Below, one piece after another: positions 17,484 to 26,623 of a stretch of DNA of 64,000 nt. A program made the translations under genes and the position numbers. This DNA comes from a virus: positions 1 through 64,000 of IMG/VR virus record IMGVR_UViG_3300042514_001858. One strand, given 5' to 3'. Numbering within the stretch: the stretch's first letter is position 1; each line of letters begins with the position of its first letter. The notes below the pieces were generated by a model, which was given only the letters and a program-made list of their open reading frames with translations, ran no database searches and was not told the origin of the DNA.

Positions 17484-17888
17484 TTATCGTAATTTCAAGC
17501 TATTTTTAATATTTTGTTCTTGATGCTCCAGAACATGTTCAGGCACATTATGAATGTTTTTACCTCCATGACGATTCTCAAGCACCAACGAGAAAACCAT
17601 AATACCACGTTTTTCTGCTTCGTCAAGATAAAATTTGTAATCGCTTTCTTTCGTGGAGGTATTTGCAACTACGATGGTATCGGTTGAAGAAGAATCGATC
17701 AATGATAGATACTTCTCTTGGCAAGCTTTATGAGCCTGTCCAAGCTTGGAAGCATCAAAATTATAATTACCCTGTCCATCTGTGAAATAATCATCAGCAC
17801 AGCAGATACAAGAATCAGGTGCAAAGGTTTTGGCAAAAGTGGATTTGCCAGCCCCACTGACTGCTCTAATTAGTATTAATTTACGCAT
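17484..17888 (-). CDS. P-loop kinase (polynucleotide-kinase/AAA_33-like)
   Basis: SGAGKST Walker A, ADDYF, ANTST, HNVP motifs. Confidence 0.8.
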   Translation of the reverse strand: MRKLILIRAVSGAGKSTFAKTFAPDSCICCADDYFTDGQGNYNFDASKLGQAHKACQEKYLSLIDSSSTDTIVVANTSTKESDYKFYLDEAEKRGIMVFSLVLENRHGGKNIHNVPEHVLEHQEQNIKNSLKLR

Positions 17889-17894
17889 AGCCCA

Positions 17895-17911
17895 ATTGTA
17901 GGCTAGTTTTT
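17895..17911 (-). promoter_or_regulatory. AAAAACTAG-NN-TACAAT promoter motif
   Basis: 6 nt to ATG(17888). Confidence 0.75.
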
Positions 17912-18095
17912 AATTCATTCGCACCCACCAATCTGCAATTTCCATGTGAAATTGTCGCTCATTCTTAATTTCACCTTCTTTGAGGTAGATGTAGGACTCT
18001 GGAAATTCCGCATCCGTGTCTGACCACACTTCAATTACATCATCACCTTCCTTCATAATGAAGGTGTAGCTATTAATATTACCTGTGTATTTCAT
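17910..18095 (-). CDS. hypothetical protein
   Basis: 61-aa ORF. Confidence 0.55.
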   Translation of the reverse strand: MKYTGNINSYTFIMKEGDDVIEVWSDTDAEFPESYIYLKEGEIKNERQFHMEIADWWVRMN

Positions 18096-18261
18096 GCTCT
18101 AAATTTTTTAATCAAAACATCATGATAACCTAAATCTTGTAATTTGTGATGCTCTTTCAAAGCATCTTCTAATGTATCGACCTTTTTTGTCAAAAAATGG
18201 AGTAATCCATCTTTTTCTTTTCTATAAGAAATAATATAATTTCCGTAATTAAATTTCTCTT

Positions 18262-19125
18262 TCATAATCTTGTAATAACTTTTTTTAATATTTGTTTGAA
18301 TTTATATGATATCATATTGTTTGGTAGGTTTTTCCAATTGGCAATCAATTCAGCAAACCACTCGTCGAAATTTGTGGCAGCATAATCAGATGGTAATCCC
18401 ATTTTCTGTGCTACTTGCGTTCTCAATTTTTCATTCCTTTTACCTTCCAAATTTTTACGTCTTGTTTTCCTCTCGAAAAAAGCATCCAACATTTTTTTGT
18501 ATTCGTTTCTCAAAAATGGTTCAACTTGTTTTGACATTCTATCAGATAAAAAGTGAGCATATTCATGTGTCAGAGTATCGATATCATCAACACTAAATTG
18601 ATCTAAATAAATAATTCGTTCGCTGTAAGCTCCTGCTGTCGATGTTTTACCACCAATAATACTTATATTTTTCAACTTTGGATTTATTTTTGTATTTGTA
18701 ATAAAAATCTTTGGTTTTCTATTAGGTAATAAATCACGATAATCTGTCACCAACATATAGATAATATTTTTCAAGGTTCTCATATTAAGAGAACCTTTTT
18801 TAAAGTCCTGATCAACATACTCGTCTTTGAATACCTTGATACCATAGTCAGTAAAAAGTAGTTCACCCTCTACTTTAGCTCTCAGATAATCATTTTTAAG
18901 AATCTTTTCGTATTCTGCCTTTTTAGCATTACGAAATTTATCAATCAATTCAGAAGGAACTTTTAGTTTCTCCATTTTCTTGATTTTATTTAATTCTTCG
19001 GGAGGTAGATTTTCTTTTTCTTGATCTACCCAATCTTTATTATTAGGTATATCATTGTCTCTCAACTCCTGTTTACGAAGTCGATTCCTCTCGCGTCTTT
19101 CAACGAATAATCCAAAAGATTCCAT
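18262..19125 (-). CDS. putative zinc metallopeptidase-like protein (HExxH)
   Basis: THEYAHFL plus downstream YAATNFDEWFAE third ligand; start at ATG 19125, 5 nt after TAAATA. Confidence 0.7.
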   Translation of the reverse strand: MESFGLFVERRERNRLRKQELRDNDIPNNKDWVDQEKENLPPEELNKIKKMEKLKVPSELIDKFRNAKKAEYEKILKNDYLRAKVEGELLFTDYGIKVFKDEYVDQDFKKGSLNMRTLKNIIYMLVTDYRDLLPNRKPKIFITNTKINPKLKNISIIGGKTSTAGAYSERIIYLDQFSVDDIDTLTHEYAHFLSDRMSKQVEPFLRNEYKKMLDAFFERKTRRKNLEGKRNEKLRTQVAQKMGLPSDYAATNFDEWFAELIANWKNLPNNMISYKFKQILKKVITRL

Positions 19126-19133
19126 CTGATTAT

Positions 19134-20222
19134 TTAACCACAAATGGTTTTACCCAATGTTGAGATATTGGCTACTCCACTGTTGATCATTACTTGTTCC
19201 ACTCCAAATGAGTCATCATTTAAAGCTATGATATTAAACCCTTGCTGCCAGTTACAAGTGGATGAGTAAACTGCATCCAAACTGCACAATGCGCCACCTT
19301 CGAATCCATAAATCTGTTTATCTGGTCTATTTCCAAATGCTGGTATTCTCTTACACGAACTCCCGATTCTGTGAGTGTGTCCATGTAAAATACTTGTATG
19401 CCACTTTTCAATCTCTCCTTTAGCTGAAGCACCGCCAGCGGCTCTTACAGTTGTTCCGTGAGTAACAATCAAACCATTTAAGTCTACGTAATCAACATGT
19501 TCAACTTTATTTTGGTAATCGCCCATGAATACATTCTGATAACTCAATCTATCTGTGATTTCAGGAAGACATCCAAGTTCACCCAAACGATCCGATAGAT
19601 AACGTCTCCACCTACCATCAATAGATTGACCACTGTGATTGGAAACGGTTTCATAGATTTTAGCACCATTGGAGATAGAAATCAAATCATCCAAAAATTG
19701 GTGATATGCCTTTCTCTCATCCAAGAGACTCCAATGTTTTTTAATATCTTTTGGATATTTGGAAATGGCAAGCATGTCCATGGTGTCACCGTTCAATACA
19801 ATCGTTCTTGGTTGCAATTCAGAAATTGTTTCAAGGAAGATATTGATAGCTGATTCGTCATGACAACCAAAATGGAAATCAGAACCAACAACAGCATATT
19901 CATTCAAAACATAAGATACCGAATTATTATTCAGACTATTGACTTTGATTGGTGCTAATTGTTCCAGAAATGCAAAGACTTCATCCTCTGTCTTTTTGAA
20001 TTTCTGAGGTTTGTCACGCTGCATGGTTTCCACCACATACCCTTGTTTATGAAATGCGGTTGGTTTCACATCTTCATATTCAGATGTGATTTCGTTATCT
20101 TCATAATAACGTTTGATCCAGCCTTGGGCTGTTGATTTAGGCACTCCGTATGTATCGTAGATCATTGAAAATGTCCAACCTTTATCAATACGCGCATCGA
20201 TTACTTCTTGTTTATTTATCAT
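19134..20222 (-). CDS. metallophosphoesterase with N-terminal HTH
   Basis: SDFH, NGD, SNH, THG, HGHTH motifs; N-terminal GVPKSTAQGW HTH-like segment. Confidence 0.85.
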   Translation of the reverse strand: MINKQEVIDARIDKGWTFSMIYDTYGVPKSTAQGWIKRYYEDNEITSEYEDVKPTAFHKQGYVVETMQRDKPQKFKKTEDEVFAFLEQLAPIKVNSLNNNSVSYVLNEYAVVGSDFHFGCHDESAINIFLETISELQPRTIVLNGDTMDMLAISKYPKDIKKHWSLLDERKAYHQFLDDLISISNGAKIYETVSNHSGQSIDGRWRRYLSDRLGELGCLPEITDRLSYQNVFMGDYQNKVEHVDYVDLNGLIVTHGTTVRAAGGASAKGEIEKWHTSILHGHTHRIGSSCKRIPAFGNRPDKQIYGFEGGALCSLDAVYSSTCNWQQGFNIIALNDDSFGVEQVMINSGVANISTLGKTICG

Positions 20223-20239
20223 CGCTTTTATTACTTATA

Positions 20240-20590
20240 TTACATTATGTGTTTTTTAGCCAATTCTTTACCATGTTGGTATCTTTGGATAAATCTATCA
20301 TCTCCTTCAATTATATAATTTATATCAGGGTTATCGATTTTATCCCATTCCTCATCATAACCCAAGTCATCCACTGTCATGGTATGGACATTGATCTTAT
20401 CGCCATCGTTTGCTGTAGCTTCTCGCATTCCAATGATTTTTCCTTCATCGTCTTTGATGAGAATAGAGTATTTTCCATCATAATACCATGGGAGTCGCAT
20501 GAGATAGATAATAGCACCTCCGAAATTGATTTCACAATTTCCTTCAGGATCGAGTTTGTTTAACTCTTCAATGAGTTCTTTAGTTTTCAT
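20240..20590 (-). CDS. hypothetical protein
   Basis: MKTKELIEELNKLDPE start pattern, overlapping rmlB stop. Confidence 0.65.
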   Translation of the reverse strand: MKTKELIEELNKLDPEGNCEINFGGAIIYLMRLPWYYDGKYSILIKDDEGKIIGMREATANDGDKINVHTMTVDDLGYDEEWDKIDNPDINYIIEGDDRFIQRYQHGKELAKKHIM

Positions 20591-22625
20591 ATTTGTTTCT
20601 ATAAAATTCAACAGTCTCTTTGAGAGCTTCATCGTGATTTCTCAATTCAAAAGGAAGATGAGATTCAATGGCATAACGGAAGTCATGCCCCTTTCTATCT
20701 TCGACAAATTTGATATTAGGTATCAATCCCAATATATTACCAATATCTTTGATCATGTTAAGGTTTGTTTTTTCGATTCCCGAACCAATGTTTGTAGAAC
20801 AGTGTGGATTAGATGCAATTTCAAGCAACCATTTGTTGTGATCTTCAACATGAATCCACTCACGGATGTTCTCTCCTGTTCCATAGACAGGAATTGGTTC
20901 GCCTCTTACGATAGAGCGAATCACTGTGGGAATAAATTTCTCATCTGCTTGGTGCTTACCGAAATTGTTACAGCAGTGTGTCGTGGTGATGTCTAATCCA
21001 TAAGTCGTGACGTAAGAATTAGTAATCAGATCAGCAGACGCTTTGGATGCAGCATAAGGACTTCTTGGATTAAATGGTGATTCTTCTGTGAATGCGGGGT
21101 CATTCACGTTCAAATGACCAAATACTTCGTCAGTATTTCCCGATAGATGAGTTATACCATTTCTAACAGTGATAAAATTTTTATTATCTCTCACCTTCAA
21201 ACACCAAACTTTACCATCATATGGTATTTTACTATATTTATGATTAATTCCGATTTTATTTTTTCTGAAATAGATACAATTTGAATCACCCTCAATTTTA
21301 CGCCCATCAATATAAGATATCGATGATCTTTTAGAACATCTTGAAGAAAATCCCAACATATTACCCAAGAATAGCGCATTTTCAGCTAATTTATTAGACG
21401 AAGTATTTAAAACCCAAGGATGATCTTCCCTATATGAGCCATCAGAATCTATCAATCCGTGAAACAATGCTTCAGCTTGTTCAAAATTTAATTCGCTAAT
21501 GATATCATCTGGTATAAATTTTTCTTTGGCTCGTTTACCAAAACATTGGACTGAATCATATAACCATTTATCTGAAGTATATATATAGTCATATGTTGCA
21601 TTTTTTTGAACAGATGTCCACTTTATCCCCAAAATGTTTAAAGCTTTTTCAGTATTTTCCCTTGCTTTGTCTCCAGTTGGAACATGAATAAATACCCGTC
21701 TACCTTTCTGAATCACATATTCTTGATAACCTTCATCACCAATCAATGCTTGATTTTTGGTAAAATGACCTTTAGAATCTCTCACCTTTTTTAAGTAAGA
21801 TTCTCGATTCAATCCCGACAATGATTTACTTTTCTTTATCTGCGTGTCGGAACAACCGTCACCTATGTAGATACCAAACAAATACCATTTCGCCCATTCT
21901 TTTTCATTAAAATTTCCAGATTTTTCTATTTTACCTCTAGGAAAGTATTTAACTGCTTTATGATTTACTAGACTTTCCGCATCTTCAAACAATAATTTTT
22001 GTTCATCGCTATCGGTGTAATACATTCTGTGGTTTGGAGTGACCATCAAATCATTTCTACTAGATTTAAAATGAATCATTTCACCGTTATAATCTTGTAT
22101 AAGAACTTTCTCAACTTCTTTCCATTCCAATACAAATTTATCATTCAACGATAACACTTTATCACCAATTTTTATGTCTTTATAACCCAAAATTCCACGA
22201 TTTGTTAAAGCCTTTGTTTCTTCGTCGTAACAACTGATATTAATAACTTTTGCTTGAGGTTGATAATTTCGCACCCATTCCAATAGAGACACCATACCCA
22301 TCACATTATTTTCAATAAATGGTGAGGGAGAATTGATACTACGATCAACATGAGATTCAGCAGCAAAATGGAAGATGTAATCGAATTTGAAATGTTCGTG
22401 GGTTGCTACTAAATAATTCATGTATCGAATATCACATTTTAAATATGTGTATTTATTTTTATCATTGTTTGGGATTTCTAAAAGCGTTCTGCTCCCGATA
22501 CCCATTTTATCCATATTGATTATCGTGACATTTTCATATTCTTTCGAAACCATTTCAAGGAAATTGCTACCAATAAATCCACATCCACCTGTTACAAGTA
22601 TCGTTCTATTTGTTAAATCAACCAT
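20580..22625 (-). CDS. rmlB: dTDP-glucose 4,6-dehydratase, intein-containing
   Basis: TGGCGFIG, FAAESHVDRSI, S|TDEVFG, PRSPYAASKAS, REWIHVEDH, DRKGHDFRY. Confidence 0.92.
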   Translation of the reverse strand: MVDLTNRTILVTGGCGFIGSNFLEMVSKEYENVTIINMDKMGIGSRTLLEIPNNDKNKYTYLKCDIRYMNYLVATHEHFKFDYIFHFAAESHVDRSINSPSPFIENNVMGMVSLLEWVRNYQPQAKVINISCYDEETKALTNRGILGYKDIKIGDKVLSLNDKFVLEWKEVEKVLIQDYNGEMIHFKSSRNDLMVTPNHRMYYTDSDEQKLLFEDAESLVNHKAVKYFPRGKIEKSGNFNEKEWAKWYLFGIYIGDGCSDTQIKKSKSLSGLNRESYLKKVRDSKGHFTKNQALIGDEGYQEYVIQKGRRVFIHVPTGDKARENTEKALNILGIKWTSVQKNATYDYIYTSDKWLYDSVQCFGKRAKEKFIPDDIISELNFEQAEALFHGLIDSDGSYREDHPWVLNTSSNKLAENALFLGNMLGFSSRCSKRSSISYIDGRKIEGDSNCIYFRKNKIGINHKYSKIPYDGKVWCLKVRDNKNFITVRNGITHLSGNTDEVFGHLNVNDPAFTEESPFNPRSPYAASKASADLITNSYVTTYGLDITTTHCCNNFGKHQADEKFIPTVIRSIVRGEPIPVYGTGENIREWIHVEDHNKWLLEIASNPHCSTNIGSGIEKTNLNMIKDIGNILGLIPNIKFVEDRKGHDFRYAIESHLPFELRNHDEALKETVEFYRNKYEN
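21135..22232 (-). mobile_element. intein with LAGLIDADG endonuclease in RmlB (366 aa)
   Basis: Starts CYDEET, block B VTPNHRM, LFGIYIGDG and FHGLIDSDG, ends HLSGN before Thr; removal restores IS-TDEV. Confidence 0.9.
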
Positions 22626-22676
22626 ATTTCCCTTACTTTAGCGTTGAATTAAACAATGTCAAGGGTAAATATCAAC

Positions 22677-23141
22677 ATGGATCACGATGAAGATGATGAT
22701 TTTTTAAATGCAGAGGTAGATGATATTATTTCACAAATCAAAAATCAATCCAAAATTGTTAATCAATTACCGAAAGAACGACCAAATCTCAAGAAAGAAG
22801 ATTTGGAAGAATTTATTATTACCAATGCTGGTAAAGTCGTAAATCATTCTTTAGAAATGGTGGAGAACCTTAAATTGGAAGTTCTTGCTGGTGCAGATTC
22901 CAAGTTAATCGAGTCTGTATCAGAGTTGGTAAAAGCTACCACATCTGCAATTGATGCTCTTTCCAAATTAAAAATATCGGAGGACAAAATCAATGCACAG
23001 AAAGAAATCACTCAAATGAATATTCAAGCAAAAATCATTCGAGATGAAGAGGAGAGCAATACTCCAAAATTAAGTTTCACTAGAAACGATATCCTCAAAT
23101 TGTTGAACCAAAAAGACGAATCATTGGTAGTGGATGTTTAA
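22677..23141 (+). CDS. hypothetical late protein
   Basis: Helical ORF; ATG 22677 is 5 nt after TAAATA. Confidence 0.7.
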   Translation: MDHDEDDDFLNAEVDDIISQIKNQSKIVNQLPKERPNLKKEDLEEFIITNAGKVVNHSLEMVENLKLEVLAGADSKLIESVSELVKATTSAIDALSKLKISEDKINAQKEITQMNIQAKIIRDEEESNTPKLSFTRNDILKLLNQKDESLVVDV

Positions 23142-24049
23142 TTACCCAATTGTCCATCGACAGTATTGAGTTTGTATTCTTCGTTCTTATCTGGTTTTTG
23201 AATTTTGAGAACGGTGTCTCTATTATCAAAAACATCACCGAAGATATCCTCTTCAAATATTTCAACATTACTCTTTTCTTTCATTTCTTTCTCAAATACG
23301 TAATTTGAAGATGTGGCATTGTTCTTCTCCGAATCGAAAGGATTAAAATCTTTTTTATCTCTAAAGATTCGGAAATGCTCTTCTCCAATAACTTCTTTAA
23401 CCTTATCAAAAATTTGACTTCTGATGTCTGTCATCTTCACACGATAGTAAGAGTCTTTGACATTGATTGTGCCATGAGATTTTTGTTGCCATTCTCCTGT
23501 TTTCTCCAATGAATATCTTTGTTGTGGTGCTTTATCAATAATAGGTAAAGTATTGTCATTCACCACACTAGCATTCAAAGAAGAACGAAACATTTTCTCT
23601 ACTTCTTTATTGGCAGATACTATCAGGTTCTGTATGAATTTTGGAGATTTATTATAAATATCCACTGGTATTTCCAATGGGTAATCACCGTCTTCGTATA
23701 AGGTGGTGTTGTGTCGTGTTATCTCATTGTTACCAACATTTCCAAGTATATCAGGAATTGCAGTAAAATATTTTTTATCTTTTGCCAATTCTTTAGCATA
23801 AGACGATAATGGACCATTCAATAATTGCTTAACATAATAGGCAATGTCCCATGGTTCCAAATCTTTTCCTTCTTCATCCAATTTATTAATAAATTTCTCC
23901 AATTGGTTGAGTCCCAATTCGTAAATCTTTTTAAATTCTACCATGAACTCAATTTCCACTTTGGAAAATTGGTCATCAATATTTTTATAATTCACCAAAT
24001 CTTCTTTAGTGAATAGAATGCTACGGAGTATTTCAATTTTATTTCTCAT
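23138..24049 (-). CDS. hypothetical protein (baseplate operon)
   Basis: 303-aa ORF coupled to upstream gene by ATGA. Confidence 0.7.
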   Translation of the reverse strand: MRNKIEILRSILFTKEDLVNYKNIDDQFSKVEIEFMVEFKKIYELGLNQLEKFINKLDEEGKDLEPWDIAYYVKQLLNGPLSSYAKELAKDKKYFTAIPDILGNVGNNEITRHNTTLYEDGDYPLEIPVDIYNKSPKFIQNLIVSANKEVEKMFRSSLNASVVNDNTLPIIDKAPQQRYSLEKTGEWQQKSHGTINVKDSYYRVKMTDIRSQIFDKVKEVIGEEHFRIFRDKKDFNPFDSEKNNATSSNYVFEKEMKEKSNVEIFEEDIFGDVFDNRDTVLKIQKPDKNEEYKLNTVDGQLGN

Positions 24050-25356
24050 TCCACGTCATTTTTTATTTTGCTTGAACCACCAACGTATGTCTTACAGCAT
24101 TTGAATTCATTGGTATAGGTATCATTTGAAAAAATATGGCGCACTTCTGTTACAAACCATCTACCATACATTTTCGTATCACCTTTTTGTTTCACTTCTC
24201 CAATTTTAACAATATCCAAAAATTTACCTGCTTCTCTACCAGTAAATCCCACGTTACTAAAAATACAATTCAAATTATAAAATGTTAATAAATTACACAT
24301 TTCAGCTTCCACCATTTTTACAGTATCTTCAACTTCATATGGTGTTCTATAATGTCTAAATTTTTGTTTCGTGGTTTTATTTTTTACAACAAACGGTTTA
24401 GCACTACCACCAATTGCTGAGAAAACATCAACAAATTTTGTCTTCCATTTTTTCTCAATATCTTCCAATTTTAAAATTTTCATTTTTTGAACACCTAAAA
24501 ATTTGTCATATCCATGAACAACTGAATTGATGAAGAAATCATTATTCCATTCATACAGAGGTGTATTATATGCGAAATTTTTCAAACCACTGGAAAATTC
24601 ACTAACTTTTGCATCAGGTGGTGGGTTATTTTCGTTTTCAGCAACACCTTTATCCGACAAATCAGCAGTAGTGAAAGCATCGGTTGTATTTTTTTTATTT
24701 TCCGAAAAAATCTTGGAGAGATACATCATTTGATATTTCCCATTTTTTTTATTTTTCATTATGAGTGCTTTGGTGTAAAGTTCTCCATCTTTACCATAAA
24801 AATATTTTAGTAGATGATACATTAAATCAATATATCTGAAAGACATGGGTGGTATATAAGAAAAATCAAAATCTCCGCTTTCCCAATTTTCCTTGTCGAT
24901 TTTATCTTCGCCCAATAATTCAATAAAAATGTCTTTCAAGATATCACCTATTTTACCACTGAACGATTTGTTATATGGGATGGTATCCATAAACGGTAAC
25001 ATGTCTTTATGGATTATTTTAAATTTTTTAATATTTTCCGAACGAACTTCCATATCTCCCGTATTATCTTCTTGTAATAGAATGAATTCTTCTTCTATTT
25101 TTTCTTTCTCATCTTTGGGTTTTAAGAAAATTTTAACTTCATCTCTTCCATCACCTCTTAAAAGATATTTCTCTTCAAATAAATCATAGGGGTTCGCCAC
25201 AGCAATCGTTCCTCTCAAAAAAGGATTAAAAACGCTATCAATCAAAGTTAAACCTTTGACAGCAGAACTAGCGTATTTATTTTCATCTCCGTCAGAATTT
25301 TTAAACGTGTATTCGTATTCAAATTCTACGTCATTTATTTTACATATCTGAACCAT
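24046..25356 (-). CDS. putative baseplate hub protein (gp27-like)
   Basis: DSVFNPFLRGTI N-terminus and GRWFVTEVRHIF C-terminus typical of hub proteins; synteny. Confidence 0.6.
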   Translation of the reverse strand: MVQICKINDVEFEYEYTFKNSDGDENKYASSAVKGLTLIDSVFNPFLRGTIAVANPYDLFEEKYLLRGDGRDEVKIFLKPKDEKEKIEEEFILLQEDNTGDMEVRSENIKKFKIIHKDMLPFMDTIPYNKSFSGKIGDILKDIFIELLGEDKIDKENWESGDFDFSYIPPMSFRYIDLMYHLLKYFYGKDGELYTKALIMKNKKNGKYQMMYLSKIFSENKKNTTDAFTTADLSDKGVAENENNPPPDAKVSEFSSGLKNFAYNTPLYEWNNDFFINSVVHGYDKFLGVQKMKILKLEDIEKKWKTKFVDVFSAIGGSAKPFVVKNKTTKQKFRHYRTPYEVEDTVKMVEAEMCNLLTFYNLNCIFSNVGFTGREAGKFLDIVKIGEVKQKGDTKMYGRWFVTEVRHIFSNDTYTNEFKCCKTYVGGSSKIKNDVE

Positions 25357-25757
25357 TAAAAATGCCTTCCATTAAATATAGTATTTTTTGTAATATCGTT
25401 ATACAGCAATACTCTGTATTCCAATTTAATATATTTTAACCTTATACCACCATCAACCCAAAATGGAGGGTTTTGAATTTGATCTTTATTCATTAGATAC
25501 AAAATCCACCATGATTTAATATCACCATAAATTTTATATGATAAAGTTGTCATGGGCAGTCTGGTTGTAACATCATAAAAATCCACGAATTCTGGATCTA
25601 AATCTACTAAATCAAGTTTATTTAAAATATTATAAAAGTAGAAATCTTTATCATCTACTTTTTCTGTGTATACTCTAAAAATACGTTCATAATCCCCAAC
25701 ATTTAATGTTGAAAGGGACTCTATATTATTTTGGTAATCTCCTCGTTTTTCTTCCAT
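25356..25757 (-). CDS. putative baseplate wedge protein (gp53-like)
   Basis: LSYKIYGDIKSWWILYLMN LysM-like motif. Confidence 0.7.
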   Translation of the reverse strand: MEEKRGDYQNNIESLSTLNVGDYERIFRVYTEKVDDKDFYFYNILNKLDLVDLDPEFVDFYDVTTRLPMTTLSYKIYGDIKSWWILYLMNKDQIQNPPFWVDGGIRLKYIKLEYRVLLYNDITKNTIFNGRHF

Positions 25758-25758
25758 A

Positions 25759-26610
25759 TCATTTAACTTTGTCCATAAAGTTGCTAACTTCCGTTGTCAA
25801 TGAAGTGAGTGACATTGTAATTTGATAACCATCAGGTGTGATAGCACCGTTTACGAGTCTTCTTGCTCCGATCATACTAACAGAAAAATTGTTACAATAA
25901 GCCCATCTCATGTATCTCAAACCTTTCAATTTTACTTGGTAAATATGGGGAGGTTCCATAGTAATAGATGTTAGCCTTTTTGGTCTATTGATTCTTGTTA
26001 ATTTATCAATCAAATCATAATTTTTTTGAACTGCATCACCATTTATCGTGTTGAATAATGGGAATGTTATTTCCAGTGGACCGTCATTCTGCGCATATTG
26101 ATATAATTTAGGTGTTTCGATATAAGAGCCAGGTGCGGAACTCATTCCTTTACCAACTTCACCAGCAGCTTTTTTAAATTCATCCATATTACCTATACTA
26201 GAAGCCATTGCTCCCATTTGTCCTCCCAATTTAGAAAAATTTTCTTTAGCTTTAAATTCTCCTAAAGGTGCTAATATCTCATTCGCTCCAGTTTGTAATA
26301 AACTATCAATATTCCCCATAACTCCATTTTGAAAAGTATCACTAAATTCATTGGAGAACGATCTAATACCATCGCCAAAGTATGGTATGAAAAAATCATC
26401 AACTTTTTCAACGTTTTGATATAATTTTTCATAAAATTCATCAGCACTTGAACCATTCACTAAACTTAAATAGCTAGTTATTCTGTTTAGAGCAGCACTC
26501 GATGTTATTTTATAGGATGTCAATTTTACGTAAGGCGCAACATTTCGATATGGACTATTTCTGGGAATAGAAGTCCAGTCGTATTGTGTATGTATATTTT
26601 CCGTAGCCAT
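25759..26610 (-). CDS. putative baseplate/tail-tube cap protein (gp48-like)
   Basis: Size, synteny, tube-fold-like C-terminal half. Confidence 0.45.
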   Translation of the reverse strand: MATENIHTQYDWTSIPRNSPYRNVAPYVKLTSYKITSSAALNRITSYLSLVNGSSADEFYEKLYQNVEKVDDFFIPYFGDGIRSFSNEFSDTFQNGVMGNIDSLLQTGANEILAPLGEFKAKENFSKLGGQMGAMASSIGNMDEFKKAAGEVGKGMSSAPGSYIETPKLYQYAQNDGPLEITFPLFNTINGDAVQKNYDLIDKLTRINRPKRLTSITMEPPHIYQVKLKGLRYMRWAYCNNFSVSMIGARRLVNGAITPDGYQITMSLTSLTTEVSNFMDKVK

Positions 26611-26623
26611 TGATATTATTTAA

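Noticed and set aside
135-17911. TAG recoding (alternative genetic code), suggested by several ORFs ending IKN-TAG
   Set aside because: Long genes are intact under the standard code and recognisable domains end at these TAGs; the shared ending is explained by the overlapping DNA motif
22635-22662. Possible sigma70 promoter for rmlB (TTGACA-16-TAAAGT)
   Set aside because: Weak -10 and an AT-rich background make it uncertain; not listed as a feature
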